A stretch of 63,984 nt of DNA, the filler included, from Conidiobolus incongruus B7586 (lineage: Eukaryota): the NCBI GenBank assembly GCA_000697335.1. It is 12 parts of 12 records of this genome, joined end to end, with 100 filler letters (N's around TTAATTAATTAA, not from the genome) between each part and the next. Parts side by side here need not be neighbours in the genome. Positions count along the whole stretch, not along the records: positions 13,269 to 14,833 come from JNEM01007372.1; positions 14,934 to 23,671 come from JNEM01007373.1; positions 23,772 to 27,696 come from JNEM01007374.1; 9 more parts are not named here. One strand, 5' to 3'. Positions 13,269-27,796 of the stretch are shown here, in pieces. The notes beneath the pieces are model-generated. The model saw only the letters and a list, made by a program, of their open reading frames with translations. It was not told the origin of the DNA and did no database searches. Every line of letters begins with the position of its first letter. The stretch's first letter is position 1. The translations under genes and the position numbers were made by a program.

Positions 13269-14801
13269 ATATATTTTAATTAATAACTAAAACAATTATA
13301 TATATTAGATTACTTGAAACTATAATATAAAATTAAGGTATATTATTTAATAATAAATAAATATATTTAGATATATTTAGTAAACTATTAGCAAAAATAT
13401 TAACTCTTAATATTTAATCAAAGTGAGTCATAAATTTGCAAGTTTTTGAGATAAGGGGATATATTTAACAATATATAACCATATCTTTTTTCTCTCTTTG
13501 TTATTATTTTATATAATATTTTACAGATATACTAAATTTTTTTTATTAGTATTATTATACCTAAATCCTTCTCTAAAAAAATCTACTTGTATATTAATTA
13601 ACTTTATAAAAAAAATAAATCAACTTATGATATTATTAGAATTACTAGTGTTAACTAGTTTATTATAGTTAAAGCTATTAAGAATAACAATAAAGAAACA
13701 TTTAAACTTAAACTTAAGTATGTTAAAATTATAGATAAACATAATAAGAAGTATATTTGTAGGTTAGTTAATATAGGTAAATATAGTATTATTGTAGAAA
13801 TATAATAGGAATTATAAGACTATATAAGAATATTAGTTAATAATAATATTATTATACATATTTTATATTAGCATAGATACCACTTATACCTTAAGAAAAA
13901 ACACCCCCAATTAAAGAAATCCTATTGTAAAACTAGGTAAGAGTTTAAATATCACCACTAATGTTAAATTAAAACTAATTAGAGTAAGGTTATTTAGTTT
14001 AATAAAACAAAAATATATTTTAGTGGATCTAATAGAAAAGTTAGATACTTTAGAAAAGATATAAAACTATTTTATGATTATTATGTTAATTTTACCTAAA
14101 AGTATAATAGTAGGTTAATTATTATTTAGGGATATATGTTGTTTTTAGGTGTAAGGTATCTTTGTAAAGTTAATAAAAGAATTAATATTAAGATATACTA
14201 AAGTATTCTAAACAATAAATTAAAAAAACCATTGAATAATATAAGTTAAACAAATCTAATATTATTTTCCAGTAAGATAATACCTTTTACTATACTATAG
14301 CTTTTACTACCAAATAACTTAAAAATAACAAGATAACAGTTATAAAGTAGCTTTTTCAATCTTTTAACTTTAATTTAATTAAATATTTTTAGGATCAGTT
14401 AAAAAAAATTATTAAAGTTTTCCCTCTAGCAAAAAATTTAGATTAACTTTAAAAATATGTTTAAGAAGTATAAAATAAGATTAACCCTTCTTAATATAAG
14501 AAGTTAGTTGATTTTATACCATACACACTTAAAGAAGTTAGAAAAGTTAAAGATAGATATACTAGGTTTTAATTTTTTTTATCACCAAAAACCTACAAAT
14601 TTATAACTTATCTTAGGTAAAATTTAAAGGTTTATATTTTAACCAATTAATAGCTAAATATCATCATTTAATGATATATATAACTAATAAATATAATAGA
14701 TTTTAATTATTTAATTTAGGTTTATTTTATTCAATATTAATCAAGTTATTAATAAAAATATAAGTGTTTTTGATTTTATAACTCATTTTTGCAGGTTAGT
14801 G
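13269..14801 (+). mobile_element. Degenerate Tc1-family DD34E transposon (5' tip in gap)
   Basis: Relic ORF ~13557-14572 back-translates by transitions to ..WSDETK..VWG..FQQDN-(34)-PDLNPIEHLW..KAKGGYTRF. The 3' TIR tttttgcaggttagtg is followed by TA. Confidence 0.9.
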
Positions 14802-16284
14802 TATATTTTAATATAAAAAAATCAGATATTATTNNNNNNNNNNNNNNNNNNNNNNNNNNNNNNNNNNNNNNNNNNNNTTAATTAATTAANNNNNNNNNNN
14901 NNNNNNNNNNNNNNNNNNNNNNNNNNNNNNNNNATATTATATTTAAGATTAAAAAATTGATTTGAGATATAATATTATTAAGTTTTAAATATTATTAATG
15001 ATATTAATATTAATTTGAATTAAACCATTAAATGTTATTTTATTATTATAAGACTATATATAATATATTCTATAAAAATTTCTTAAATATAATTAATATT
15101 TTATGTTCAAACAATTTTATATTAAATATCAATATATTTTAATAGAGCATATTTTAAAAAATGATTTATGACCATATAATATTAATAAAGAATACTTCAA
15201 TAAAAATTTAAAAATTATATAATATTTATTATTTTGACGCTATGAATATTGATTTAATATCAAATTATTTGATTTAATTGAATTTGGTTGAAGAATTGGG
15301 ATATATTCTATTATAATGGTTATTTAATCAACTAAAGATAATTGGCTTAATTATGATAGTATTGACAAATTTGATAAAATATGGTGATTGTGAATAAATT
15401 ATTGATACTTGTAAATTATCCCTATATCAAACTTATTTTTAAAATATGATAAGTTTTACAGATATATATATATATATTTAATATTATAATATAAATATAC
15501 GAAGTCTTTATCTAGTATTATTTAATGATTATATGAATTTGAAATCATATAATAATAATTTATATAATTTTGATATATTAATAATTTACCAAACTTTACA
15601 ATGTTAAGGAAATATACTTTACTGAGTATTAACAGAGCTTGAAATGAGAAACTAATAACTATTGATTATTATAGATTGGTTAATGCATTCTTAGTTTAAA
15701 TTTTTATATATTATTAAATATATTAAGTAGTCAATAAAATAATTAAATTTTGAATATGTTATATTTATGTGAAAAGTATATAAAAAATAATAACATATTA
15801 TTAATAATTGAAATGAAAACTGATAATTTCATTATTGTTCATACAAAACCGATGCTGTTCAGAAAGTATTGAATTCTAAATCATAAATTGAAGAAACAAT
15901 TAAATATACATATTTCGTCAAAATGGGGAATGCAAAAAAAATTCTCAAGTGTTATCTAGTATTGCATGGCATTGACTATAACTATTGAAATATGAATTGT
16001 CTCAATTTGAAAAATATAAATCAAAAAATAAATTATTTTACTAACTATTAGAACAATTTAAAGATTCAATAATTGAATAATTTGTTTTTGAATTATTACA
16101 ATTAATCCAAATTTATCATTTAATTTGAATTATAGAATTAATATAGAGGAAGAAGAATCCCATAATTTGCTATTATTCCAATTATAATATTTAAAATTTT
16201 TTTTGGTTTATTTTTTTTAAAAAAAATATTAAATATATTATATATATATATATATAAATATAAATATAAATATTTCTTATAAAA

Positions 16285-16763
16285 ATGATTAGACAATTAA
16301 CTCAAATTACTTTTAAAAAACCTATTCAATTATTAAATCAACAAAATTTAATTATTAGAAATTTTTCTAGTTCTATTAACTTAGCTAAACAAAATAATGA
16401 AAAGTTTAAACCTCCTCAACCTATACAAATTGAAGATAACTCCCCCAGTTATAGTATTTTAAGTGGTCACGTTAAGTTTAGTGGAAGATCCGTTCCTGTT
16501 AAAGATAATAACCCTATGAAAGCATATTCTACTTTAAATAGTATTTTGACACAATCGGGTTTGAGACAGGTTTTGAAGAATAAGCGTTTTTATGAAAAGC
16601 CTAGTGTCAAGAGACGTAGATTGAGAATGGAAGGTAACCGTAAGAGATTTAAGGATGCTGTCGCCAAGAAGGTTGCTTTAGTTTTACAAATGAAAAATAG
16701 GTAAATTATTTATTATTTACTTTATTATCTTAGATTAATTTAATTTTGTTTAGAGGTGTTTAA
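16285..16763 (+). CDS. MRP21: Mitochondrial ribosomal protein bS21 (exons 16285-16700, 16754-16763)
   Basis: Basic presequence ending in IRNFSSS and S21 motif RFYEKPSVKRRR. A GT-AG intron at 16701-16753 gives C-terminus ..KNRGV*. Confidence 0.88.
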
Positions 16764-17352
16764 TTTCAATTCAATATAATTTAAAAATAAATATTAATAT
16801 TTATAATCTTTTATTAATTAATCTGCAACTAATCATAAATTAAAATAATATTAGAAATTCTATATATATTATTTCAATAATTTTCTACTACAAAGTTTTG
16901 ATATTTTTAAGCCAACCGAAAAAAAATTTCCCTATTCCTATTTCTAAATTTTGCAATTATTACCAATCTATGGAATTATTTAACTGATATATTTTGATTA
17001 TTTTATAATTTGAATATATTATTATTTATATTTTATAAACTTTTTGATTAATTAAAATATCTTATACTAAATAAATAGTTTGATTATATTCTAACTTTTG
17101 AGACTCGGATGATTTAACTTATGAAATTTTTTTCTTAATACATTGAACCAATTCTTATCCAATCATTTTAATAATAACTCTATTTTTTTCTTTTACAATG
17201 CAAATTTTAAATGTTTAGTTATATATAGTAATTAAATTGGGTAATATGTGAATTAATTGAGCTTATTTTATTTTTGATATTTAAATACAAGTATGATAAA
17301 GTTAATAATAAAAATTTTGATTCTAGTAATGATATTAAAAGTTTCGATTAGT

Positions 17353-20300
17353 TTAAGCTCCCAAGTATCCCAAACTCTGAGCGGCTAACTGATCCTGAAC
17401 AGAGTATGCGAGTGCCATCTTATATAAAATGAGAGGAATTTGACTCTCTTCGGATTGAGGATTCTTTTCGCCTTCTTTTTGAATTTCTAAGTACTTGGCC
17501 CGCGTCAATTTCCAGAGAATGACTTGTGGCGCGTCAGTAACGACAGTGGTGAATCTGGGCATTTGACTGAAGAAAGTGAGCTCTCCGAGGAATGTACCAG
17601 GAAGGATGGTATCAAAGAGGTCGCTCTTTGTGGGCGTAGCTTGATAGTGTGCTTTGAGCATGCCTTGTTCGACTAGATACATATCATCAGCATCATCTCC
17701 TAATGACCAGACACATTGCCCCTTTCCAAATTCAACTCTTTCCAGGTATTTAGAGAACGTTGATAAAACTTCCCAGTTAACATCACTAATATCTTGGAAA
17801 GCTTGAGCGAGAAGAGGAAGAGGTTGTTTAGCATTTTTGAGCGTTTGTTTTTCCAAGTTTTGAGAATGAGCATTGAGCTGAGGAATTGATTGAGCGACTT
17901 GAAGAATTTGCTCGCTTCTAGGAGATTGACCAAGTGGAGTAATAGGGCTGACATCCAAGAAGCTGGATTGAGGAATTGGAGAAGCAAGAGTACGAGGTTC
18001 ATTGTTACGAAATACTTGAGCAAGCATGAAATTTTCACACCATTCAAGAGCTACATTCAAGGCAGAGAAGCATCTGACAGTTGCACTGTCACTCTCTTCA
18101 TCTCGAGCTGAATTAGCGGTGGGCCATACATTAGCACGAATTAGTGCCTTACCAACATCAGAATCTTTTTGGACTCCAGATAATACTAAGAAAATAGAAT
18201 TCTTCTTTAACTTAGCGACAATATTGCTGAAAGTGTTAGCAGCAGAGAAATCAAGTCCTGTAACAAGTGAAAAGTCGAGAACAATGAATCTAACTAAACT
18301 TTCTTTGGAGCGATGTTTTTTGATAATTGCATTTATAGCAGTATCTAATTGGTGGACGGTACCAAAGAACATGTAACCTTGCAATGAAAGAGTTTGGATT
18401 TGCTCACCAACAGAATTCAAAAATTGACGATGGTGATAGGGACGACGTACAATCGATCTCAATCTGGTACCATCAGCATGGTAACGGACAGGAGACCTTC
18501 TGGAGTATTCGACGATGAAAATGATAAAAGCGACAATGATACCGAAGAAGATACCTTCAATAAAGCCAATCACACCCATACCAATAGTGATGATAAGAAT
18601 GGTGAGATATTCCATAGTAGGAACAGAGCCAATGGGATCCCAAACAGCTTCCTTGACAAGATCGAAACCCATGTTAAACACAAGAGCACCAACAAGAGGT
18701 ACGGGAATATATCCAACAATTTGAGGACCAATGATCAACACACCAAAGGTGGCAAGAGCCAAAAGCATAGAAGAAACTCTAGTAGTACCACCACTCTTGT
18801 TGAATAAGACACTATTGGAGTAGATGAGATAGTTTTGTCCAGATCCAAATAAACCAGCGACCAAATTGGAAACACCATGAGCAACTAATTCACGATCAAC
18901 ATCAACATCTCTCATATTGGAACTGACAGCCAACGCAGGAACATTGATAGGGACGTGGAGAATACCAAAGAAAATCAAAGCACCGATGGTAGGGAGCAAT
19001 TTAGGGATAGTGATCCAGCTGGTCTTATAAAAGTTAAAGTTCAAATAGAAATCATAGAATGGCTTGTTTCCTTCGGGAAGTTTGAATACCCATCCGAGAG
19101 CTCTGAGATCATCAAGGGATAAACCAAGGATACCAGAGCAGAGGATATAAAAAACAAGGGGAATGGTGAGATAAATCATAGGAATGAGAAGAGGATGTTT
19201 GATAAAGTGAGTGAATACGACGACAAGCCAGCTGAGCACAAGACACGATGTCCATAGAGGAATAATATGGGGCTGGAAATACAACAAAAAGCTCTCCCAT
19301 GTCCATTCAGGGTTGATATCAGTTGTGATTTTGAAACCAGTTTGGAATAAAAACACACCAACTCCACCTAAAATTCCAAAATAAATAATTAGTGGATATA
19401 GCTCGCATTATTCAAGTTGTAATATATTCAGCAAACAATAAATGCAAGGATATATATTGGAAAGAATTGAAAATAGCACATTTGTTGATCCACATATTGA
19501 AAATGCCTATTAAATCATCATCGGTTCATAAATTGTCAAGGATTAAGTGGGAAAAATAAAAGAGAAATATTTTAAAGTCATGTGGCCTGGACAAGTTATT
19601 GTGATTCGCCCACTGTATTGGAAAATAAATAGTTAACTTACCGATACATCCAATGAGAATATGTCTGGGAAAAAATTCCATAATTGATCCCAACTAAAAA
19701 ATATTGATTAGTGCGGTTCAAGAGGCTGAAACTTGTTTGATATTATCAACTTACTTTGAACCATCCAAGGAGCAAGAAAACTACACCTGTTAGAATCGTA
19801 CTAATAGCGAATGCGACCATGACAGTGGGAAGCATTTGATCCGAATTTTCTCCCACGTCGGCTATGACAAGCTGACAGAGAATGTGAAGAAACGGGACTA
19901 CTTCTACCATGAATCCACCATTACCAAAAGCAAATTTACTAGCACCACTTGCATAGACCAACTGAGCAAGTACCGTAGAAACTAAGAAAATACTGATACC
20001 ATCAGGTCCAAATGTGGAGAAGGGCTTCATATACGTTGGGAAAATAATGATCCCATAGGATACAGCATCCAAAACGTTCAAAATAGTACCAATGATGATA
20101 GCAGGAATGGAAATAATAGCAGTAGTAGTGCAGTTTTTCCAATATGTTGGGCTGGTATAATCGAAATCAATTTCATCGTACCACATTTGGAAAAATGTTT
20201 TGGAAGCACCGGCTTGCTTGTCCTCGGGGACATTGATCTGAATTGTTGCTGAAGACGAAGAGGAAGTTGTTTTGGGAAGTAATGAATCAGTCTCCTCAGT

Positions 20301-20775
20301 TAAGGTGGGTAGTGAGACTGTCTGTAAGCTATCGTGCGTTCCAGACAGTGATACGTCAAGGGCTCCATAGGTAGTATTGGAATGCTTTTGACCTCCAGTT
20401 TTGGCTTTCACACCTGGGGTTAAGAGACTGGTATTTTTTCCAGTTTGGGAAGGTTTGGATAATTTAGAAGAATCGATATCAATTTCGAGATCTTGCTGTG
20501 TCAAGCTAAGTGTCTGGTGACGGAGATCTTCAGCTTCATAAGAGTAAGCTACCATATCTAATGCAAGTTTAAAATTTATTGAATTAGCAGAAAGCAGATC
20601 ATGAAATACCTGATTCATAAGGAATACTGCTTCGGTTAGAGTAATTGGATCTTGCCAAAGAGCTGCCCAATCGAATTCCATAATCATTATCGTCGTTGGC
20701 GGGAGGACTTGGCGAATTTGAGGTGGGAATAGAACGAGGACGACTCTGTCCTCTTTCTAAGTCTTGATATGCCAT
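17353..20775 (-). CDS. SulP/SLC26-family transporter with STAS and cNMP-binding domains (Vsb1/YGR125W-like); exons 20775-20610, 20557-19755, 19693-19642, 19367-17353
   Basis: Three GT-AG introns join the reading frames. Motifs: FFPRHILIGCIGGVGVFL, LHVPINVPALA, YSNSVLF, STAS (LQGYMFFGT..VLDFSLVTGLD) and cNMP (GTFLGELTFF). Confidence 0.92.
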
Positions 20776-23474
20776 ACTTGAAGTTTGTTGAATATATTAG
20801 ACTGTATAATATTGAATATATTCTAAATAAATATTACAAAAAATTATTGATCAGTTTAGACTTGGAATTATAAAGCTAAACTGGTAATAATCTAACAAGC
20901 GGATTTAGAAGTAATAATCAAGGATAAAGTGATGAATATAGCTATTTAAAGCTTGTAAAAATATAAATATTTTATTAAAAATATTTGATCTATCAATAGA
21001 TATGAATTAATTATTTGAGAAATAAGTAAAATTAAAAATTAAATTTCTGCCTAATATAACTTGGACTCTTTGCTAAATGACTGTTTTAATGGAGTGTGTT
21101 ATTTAAGGTATAGGATGTAATGTGATTGGTGGATTTCTTCAAACATTTCCCATAGTCCATTCAATGGATATTCAATATCCACACCTTTTACTAATGATCT
21201 CATCAAATATGATATTTACCCTGAACCGTTTTATTTGAATATCTTAATTATACAAAGTATTGATATAAACCATAGTTCTGATGCTTCTTATACAAAAATT
21301 TCCACCAAACTATAACTGTTTTCAAATATAAAGCATGTAGTATTTAGTGCAAATATCGACATAATATCAGTACTAACATTAAATTTGAATTTACCAAGAT
21401 TACCGAACAGATTAAAATACGAGTGAATTAAATCATTGATGGACAATTGAACCAGTGAAGATTATTTCCAAGTTAATGCAGATCGAATAAGAACTCTGAA
21501 TCAATTGAGATAAGCGTAATTCAGGATAAAAGCAATATTGAATAAGAAAATATCAAAATATTCCAATATAGTCCACTTATTCACAATCCAAACCAAATAT
21601 TCAATTTACCCACTCAACTATGTAAGAATAACAAAAAATTTCTATAAGGCGAATCGGCAAAATGCATAATTTTAAAGTTGAATTTTTATTGAATAATTCA
21701 CCGGATTGGCTATTCTAATTCTTTAATAATATTGATAAGATTGTGGCTACCAATCAAATCAATATCCCTATATTTCATTTGGTTTCATATCAATAACCTT
21801 GAGATTTTAAATAAATATTTATTTTAAATTAAAATATTTTGGTGTAATTATCACAATTTAAATAACAATATTAATATTAAATACAACTACATACGTTAAC
21901 TAATTTAAACTAAATATATTGTAAAATGTGATCACTATTTTAAATTAACAATCTTTAGCTCATGCCAACAAAGTCAATCATTGAGTACTTTGAATTAATA
22001 TCTTAAAAAACTCAATATATTCATTTTATCTTGTTTTAATTATAGTGATCTTTGGTAATGTTAAATATAATATTAGCCCATAAAATATTTAATTCATTAT
22101 TAATTTCTTTAAATGAGATTTCAAATGACCAATAAATTATTATGAAACCAACATTTGTTGAATAATTATTTCCAATCTTTATAGTCACCTTTTTAATTTT
22201 GAATCATTTATTTTTAATAAAATTATATATTAAATCCAATATCCAAATTCTATTATTCTAATATTCACATCAAACTTTAGTTTTTGTTTATTATACCAAA
22301 TAATGGAGAATAACTAGTTAAATTATCGAAACTACATTAGGACTAATATAAATTCTATCAACCACCCAACCTTTGGAGAAATTCACTTTTTGTTGGTAAT
22401 TTAAGGAATTTTATTATATTATAATTAACTTGAAGATCAAGCTTGCTACTTCAGAGAAAGTGAAAATTTATTATTAATTAAATGTTAAGTAATATAAGTT
22501 AATAGACTATAAAACTTTTACAATTTTTTATATAGATATTTGTTTTTATAAACCGAGTGATAAAATGACTTTAAAAAATTATAGCTATTTAATGGAGTAG
22601 TCTGATAAGTAACGTAATAATGATAACCGTACACCTATTTAAAATTGTCCGAGTATATTCAATATTAACCTATATCAAATGATATTAAAATCATTTACAA
22701 GTATTACTTTTATCTATTTTGATATATATAGATAAACATATATATATTTATTGATTATTATAATCTATATTTAATATTATTTTCAATATAAATTTGATTT
22801 TGTGAAAATTTAATTATATTCTGACTATTTATATTTTATAAAAAATCACTAATCAATCCAATATATTAAGTTTGACCATTTGCCCATGGTATTAGTCATT
22901 TTATTAATATTTCTAGTTATGCTTGTGATTAAATTCAGATATTTTCTCTTGCAATCAGGTTCAGCTCAATGTCAATTCATTCGTATAATTCCAAGGCCCT
23001 TTTTGACAATGTTGTATATCTTGCAAATCAGCTCTTTAAGCATCCGGTAAATATTTATAAACATTAGTGCTCTAAAAAGAAACTCCTGTATATTATAATA
23101 TTTTTCAATTCATTTATTCTCTAACAGTCATCAATCTATACTTTGCCTCATCGACTTTTCGATAAATATATTTGATATATTCATATTGTATATATCAAAA
23201 GCATCAATCAAACATTTGAATCGATTCAATTTAAATATAGGTTATTTACTATTTTTGATTCAGATTCTTTATAGCTCAACCATACTTGATCAAATAAGTT
23301 TTTATTTTGTACTTTCACGTTTGTATTTATCAATTAGTTTAATTTAATATATATAATATATTTACAATACTTTTTGTTTTCTTCACCACGCCTATATTTT
23401 GCCTTTAAATTAGAATCAATTGACACTAATTTTATGAAAATATTGCAGATATTTACACAAACTAATTAATAATA

Positions 23475-23671
23475 TTACCTTGAATTTGAAATAATGGGAA
23501 ATTTTTTAATATTAGATTTTTCAAACATATTATTAGCTTTAAATAAACAAAAATATACAAAATAAATAGGAACTTATATAATTTTAAATTATATATATAT
23601 ATATAATTTTTTTGATTCAAAAGTTAATTTCTTATAATTGGATATTTAATTTAATAATTTTTAAATTAAAT
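23475..23671 (+). mobile_element. Mariner subfamily B 5' end fragment
   Basis: TA|ttaccttgaatttgaaataatgggaaatttt TIR plus a 5' UTR resembling the reverse complement of 26020-26208. Ends at a gap. Confidence 0.7.
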
Positions 23672-23931
23672 NNNNNNNNNNNNNNNNNNNNNNNNNNNNN
23701 NNNNNNNNNNNNNNNTTAATTAATTAANNNNNNNNNNNNNNNNNNNNNNNNNNNNNNNNNNNNNNNNNNNNTATTAGATTTATTTATATTAATTAACTTA
23801 TAAATATATTTTTTATCATATTTATTTATAATTTTATATAATTTAGTTTATTTAAATATATCTTTATTATAGTTTTTAATAGCTTTAAATATATTAAATT
23901 AGCTAACACTAGTATTTCTAATAATCTTATA

Positions 23932-26825
23932 TATTAACCTATAAAAGTAAGTTATAAAATCAAAAATATATATATTTTAATTAATAACTAAAACAATTAT
24001 ATATATTAGATTACTTGAAACTATAATATATAATTAAGGTATATTATTTAATAATAAATAAATATATTTAGATATATTTAGTAAACTATTAGCAAAAATA
24101 TTAACCTTTAATATTTAACTAAGGTGAGTTATAAATTTGTAAGTTTTTAAGATAAAAGGATATATTTAACAATTTATAACCATATTTTTTTTCTCTTTTT
24201 GCTATTATTTTATATAATATTTTACAGATATATTAAATTCTTTTTATTAGTATTATTATACTTAAATCCCTTGCTAAAAAAATTTACTTATGTATTAATT
24301 AACTTTATAAAGAAGATAAATCAACTTATGATATTGTTAGAATTACTAGTGTTAGCTAATTTATTATAGTTAAAACTATTAAGAATAACAATAAAGAAAC
24401 ATTTAAAATTAAACTTAAATGTGTTAAAATTATAAATAAACATAATAAAAAGTATATCTGTAGGTTAGTTAATACAAGCAAATATAGTACTACTGTAGAA
24501 ATACAACAGGAATTATAAAACTATCTAAAAATATTAGTTAACACTAATACTATTATATATACTTTATGTTAGCATAGATACCACTTACACTTTAAAAAAA
24601 ACACTTTTAACTAAAGAAATCCTATTATAAAACTAGGTAAGAGTTTAAATATCACCATTAATATTAAATTAAAGTTGATTAGAGTAAGGTTATTTAATCT
24701 AATAAAACAAAAATATATTTTAGTAAATCTAATAAAAAAAGCTAGATATTTTAAAAAAAATACAAAATTACTTTATAACCATTATGTTAATTTTACCCAA
24801 AAGTATAATAATAAGTTAATTATTGTTTGGGGATATATGTTATTTTTAAGTATAGGGTATCTTTGTAAAGTTAATAAGGGAATTAATATTACTTTGTAAT
24901 TTAAATAATGGGAATTTTTTGCAATTGAAAAAAAATAAACATTTTAATATATACAAAGTAAAAATAAATATATAATATAAAATTAATAATTTCTTTTATT
25001 TCTAATAACTTTTTGCCATACTTTTAGCAAAGATCTAACACCTAAAAAACAATTCTTTTTATTAAAGACTGAAATTTGATATTTCACAAACCAATTAAAT
25101 TTTCCTGCAGAAATTTTCTTTCCTGCAAGCTGGTTTTTTAATTACCCAAAACAATTATAATCACATGGGTTATAATCTGGGGAATATACTAGATATGGTA
25201 GTTCTTTCCAGTTATTTTTAATTAGAAAGTTTTTTACAACTTTAGATTTATGTATTTTACAATTATCATGTAAAATAATAGGTCTTCTCAAATTATATTG
25301 AGAATACCAATTAAAAATAGTTTTATTTAAAAAAGAAATATAAAGTTTACTATTAATGGATTTTGCTTTAGGAACTAAATAAGAATAGCATATGCTATTA
25401 TAATCTATTGCTACAATTAACATTCACTTATCAATAAAGTACTTATTTAAAGGAATTTGTGGAGGGGGTTGATTTGGTTTAATCCAACACCTTGATTTAT
25501 GTTTTGGCAAAGGATTATACAAAGGAATCTAAGATTCATCAATTATAATAATTTGCTGTAAAAGCCTTGGTTTCTGGTTATACCTTAGTAAGTTTTATTT
25601 AGCAATAGCTACTCTAGCTTTTTTTTAAGCTTTAGTTAAATTATAAGGTACCTATTTTACATTTTTATTAATTAATTTTAATTTAAACTTTAATATATAT
25701 AAAATACTTATGTGACTAATATTAAAGTGTCTTGATAATTCTCTAGCTGAAATAAAAAGGTGCTTTTCAATATAATTTTTTACTTTATTAATAATTAGAA
25801 GAATAACAGTTAAAATTAGTCTTTTAGATTTTGGCAAGTTTTGGGTAGTTTCTCTCCTAGCCTTAAAGTAATTTACCTAGAAATAAATTGTTGATTTAGA
25901 TAATACTTCATTACCAAAAGCTGTTTGTAAATTTTAAATGATTTTAGAGGGTTTGTGGTTAAGTTTTACTGATACTAAAATAAAAAACTTTTGATGGTCA
26001 CTATTTAGTTTAAGCATGATTAAATTAAACAACTAATTTTAAAAAATTCATTTTTTAATCAAAAAAATTATTATATATATATATATATATATAATTCAAA
26101 ACTATTTATTTTCCTATTTGTTTTTTATATATTTGCTTATTTGAAACTAATAATATGTTTGAAAAATCAGAAATTAAAAAATTTCCCATTTCTTTGATTC
26201 TATGGTAATATTAAAATATACTAAAGTATTCTAAATAATAAATTAAAAAAACCATTGAATAATATAGGTTAAACAAATCTAATGTTATTTTCTAGTAAAA
26301 TAATACCTTTTGTTATACTATAACTTTTATTACCAAATAGCTTAAAAATAACAAGATAATAGTTATAAAATAGTTTCTTTAATTTCCTAACTTTAATCTA
26401 ATTAAATACCTTTGGGATTAGTTAAAAAAAGCTATTAAAGTTTTCCCCTTAGCAAAAAATTTAAATTAACTTTAAGAATATATTTAAGAAGCATAGAATA
26501 AGATTAGCTTTTCTTAGTGTAAAAAGTTAGTTAATTCTATACCTTACAAACTTAAAGAAGTTAGAAAAGCTAAAGATAGATACACTAGGTTTTAATTTTT
26601 TTTATCACCAAAAACCTACAAATTTATAACTCACCCTAGGTAAAATTTAAGGGTTTATATTTTAACAAATTAATAACTAAATATTATCATTTAATGATAT
26701 ATATAATTAATAAATATAATAGATTTTAATTTTTTTAATTTAGGTTTATTTTATTAAATATTAATTAAGTTATTAGTAAAAATATAAGTGTTTTTGATTT
26801 TATAACTCATTTTTGCTAGTTAATA
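23932..26825 (+). mobile_element. Full-length Tc1 DD34E copy (~1570 bp net) containing a mariner insertion
   Basis: Both TIRs present. TA duplication at 23930-31 and 26826-27. Colinear with 13269-14801. Confidence 0.9.
24889..26208 (-). mobile_element. Full-length (1320 bp) DD34D mariner, subfamily B
   Basis: TA duplication at 24887-88 and 26209-10, with imperfect TIRs. ILHDNCKIH..YSPDYNPCDY places exactly 34 residues between D2 and D3. VK*VPYNL is a WVPHEL-motif relic. Confidence 0.94.
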
Positions 26826-27796
26826 TAAGTTGATTTAACTCTATAATAAAGTTAATTAATATATTAATGAATTTTTTTAAAAAGGGATTTAAGTATTTTA
26901 ATATTAATATTATATAAAATAATAACTTAGGATATTAGTATTAATATATATATATTTATATATAATTTAATAAAAAAAATTAAGTAATTTTTATTTTATA
27001 TATCCTTATAGCTTATAAACCTATAAACTTATAATTCATCCTATTTAAAATTTAAAATTTGATATATTAACCAATAATATATTAATTATAATTGGATATA
27101 ACCTATTATAATCAGGTAATATACTTTAATTATATATTTTAATTTAAATCTAGTTAAGAATTATTTAAGTTATAAGTAAATATATAAGTGACTTTAATTT
27201 TATTATTTATTTTTATAAGTTAGTATATTATATATTTAATGATTAATTTTATAATTCTTATATATAATTTTATATAACTAGATTAATTTTAAATTAATTA
27301 AGTAATTGATATTTTTAAAGATAATTTAATTATATAGAAAATATTAACTTAATTAATAAGAATAGTTTTTTTCCCTTTTAATTCTTATTATTATTGGTAT
27401 TTTATTATTATTTTTAAGATTGAGATTTTATTTATCAATAAAAATTATTGTTATTATAAAATATAGAATCCAATATATTTATATTAATTTATTTGTTTAT
27501 AAAGCTTAAATTCACTTTGTTTACACTTATATTACCTTGCTATATTACTTTTATATTAAGTTTTTTTTGCATTATATTTATTAAATTATCTATTATATTT
27601 TTATTTTAAATTCAAAATAAAAATACTAATTAAAATATTTTTATTTAAAAAATATATATAATTTATTATTTATTTAAATATTTATAAAAATTAAATNNNN
27701 NNNNNNNNNNNNNNNNNNNNNNNNNNNNNNNNNNNNNNNNTTAATTAATTAANNNNNNNNNNNNNNNNNNNNNNNNNNNNNNNNNNNNNNNNNNNN

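Larger units (their letters stand above)
23772..27225 (-). mobile_element. Older, more decayed Tc1 copy hosting nested insertions (host parts 23772-23931 and 26826-27225)
   Basis: The flanks join into a contiguous Tc1 sequence (aataatctta-TA-agttgattt). The TIR relic ..ttttataagttagta ends at ~27225. Confidence 0.75.

Noticed and set aside
19746..20687. ORF-track start MIMEFDW for the transporter
   Set aside because: That frame runs through intron 20558-20609. The likely real start is ATG 20775 in another frame.
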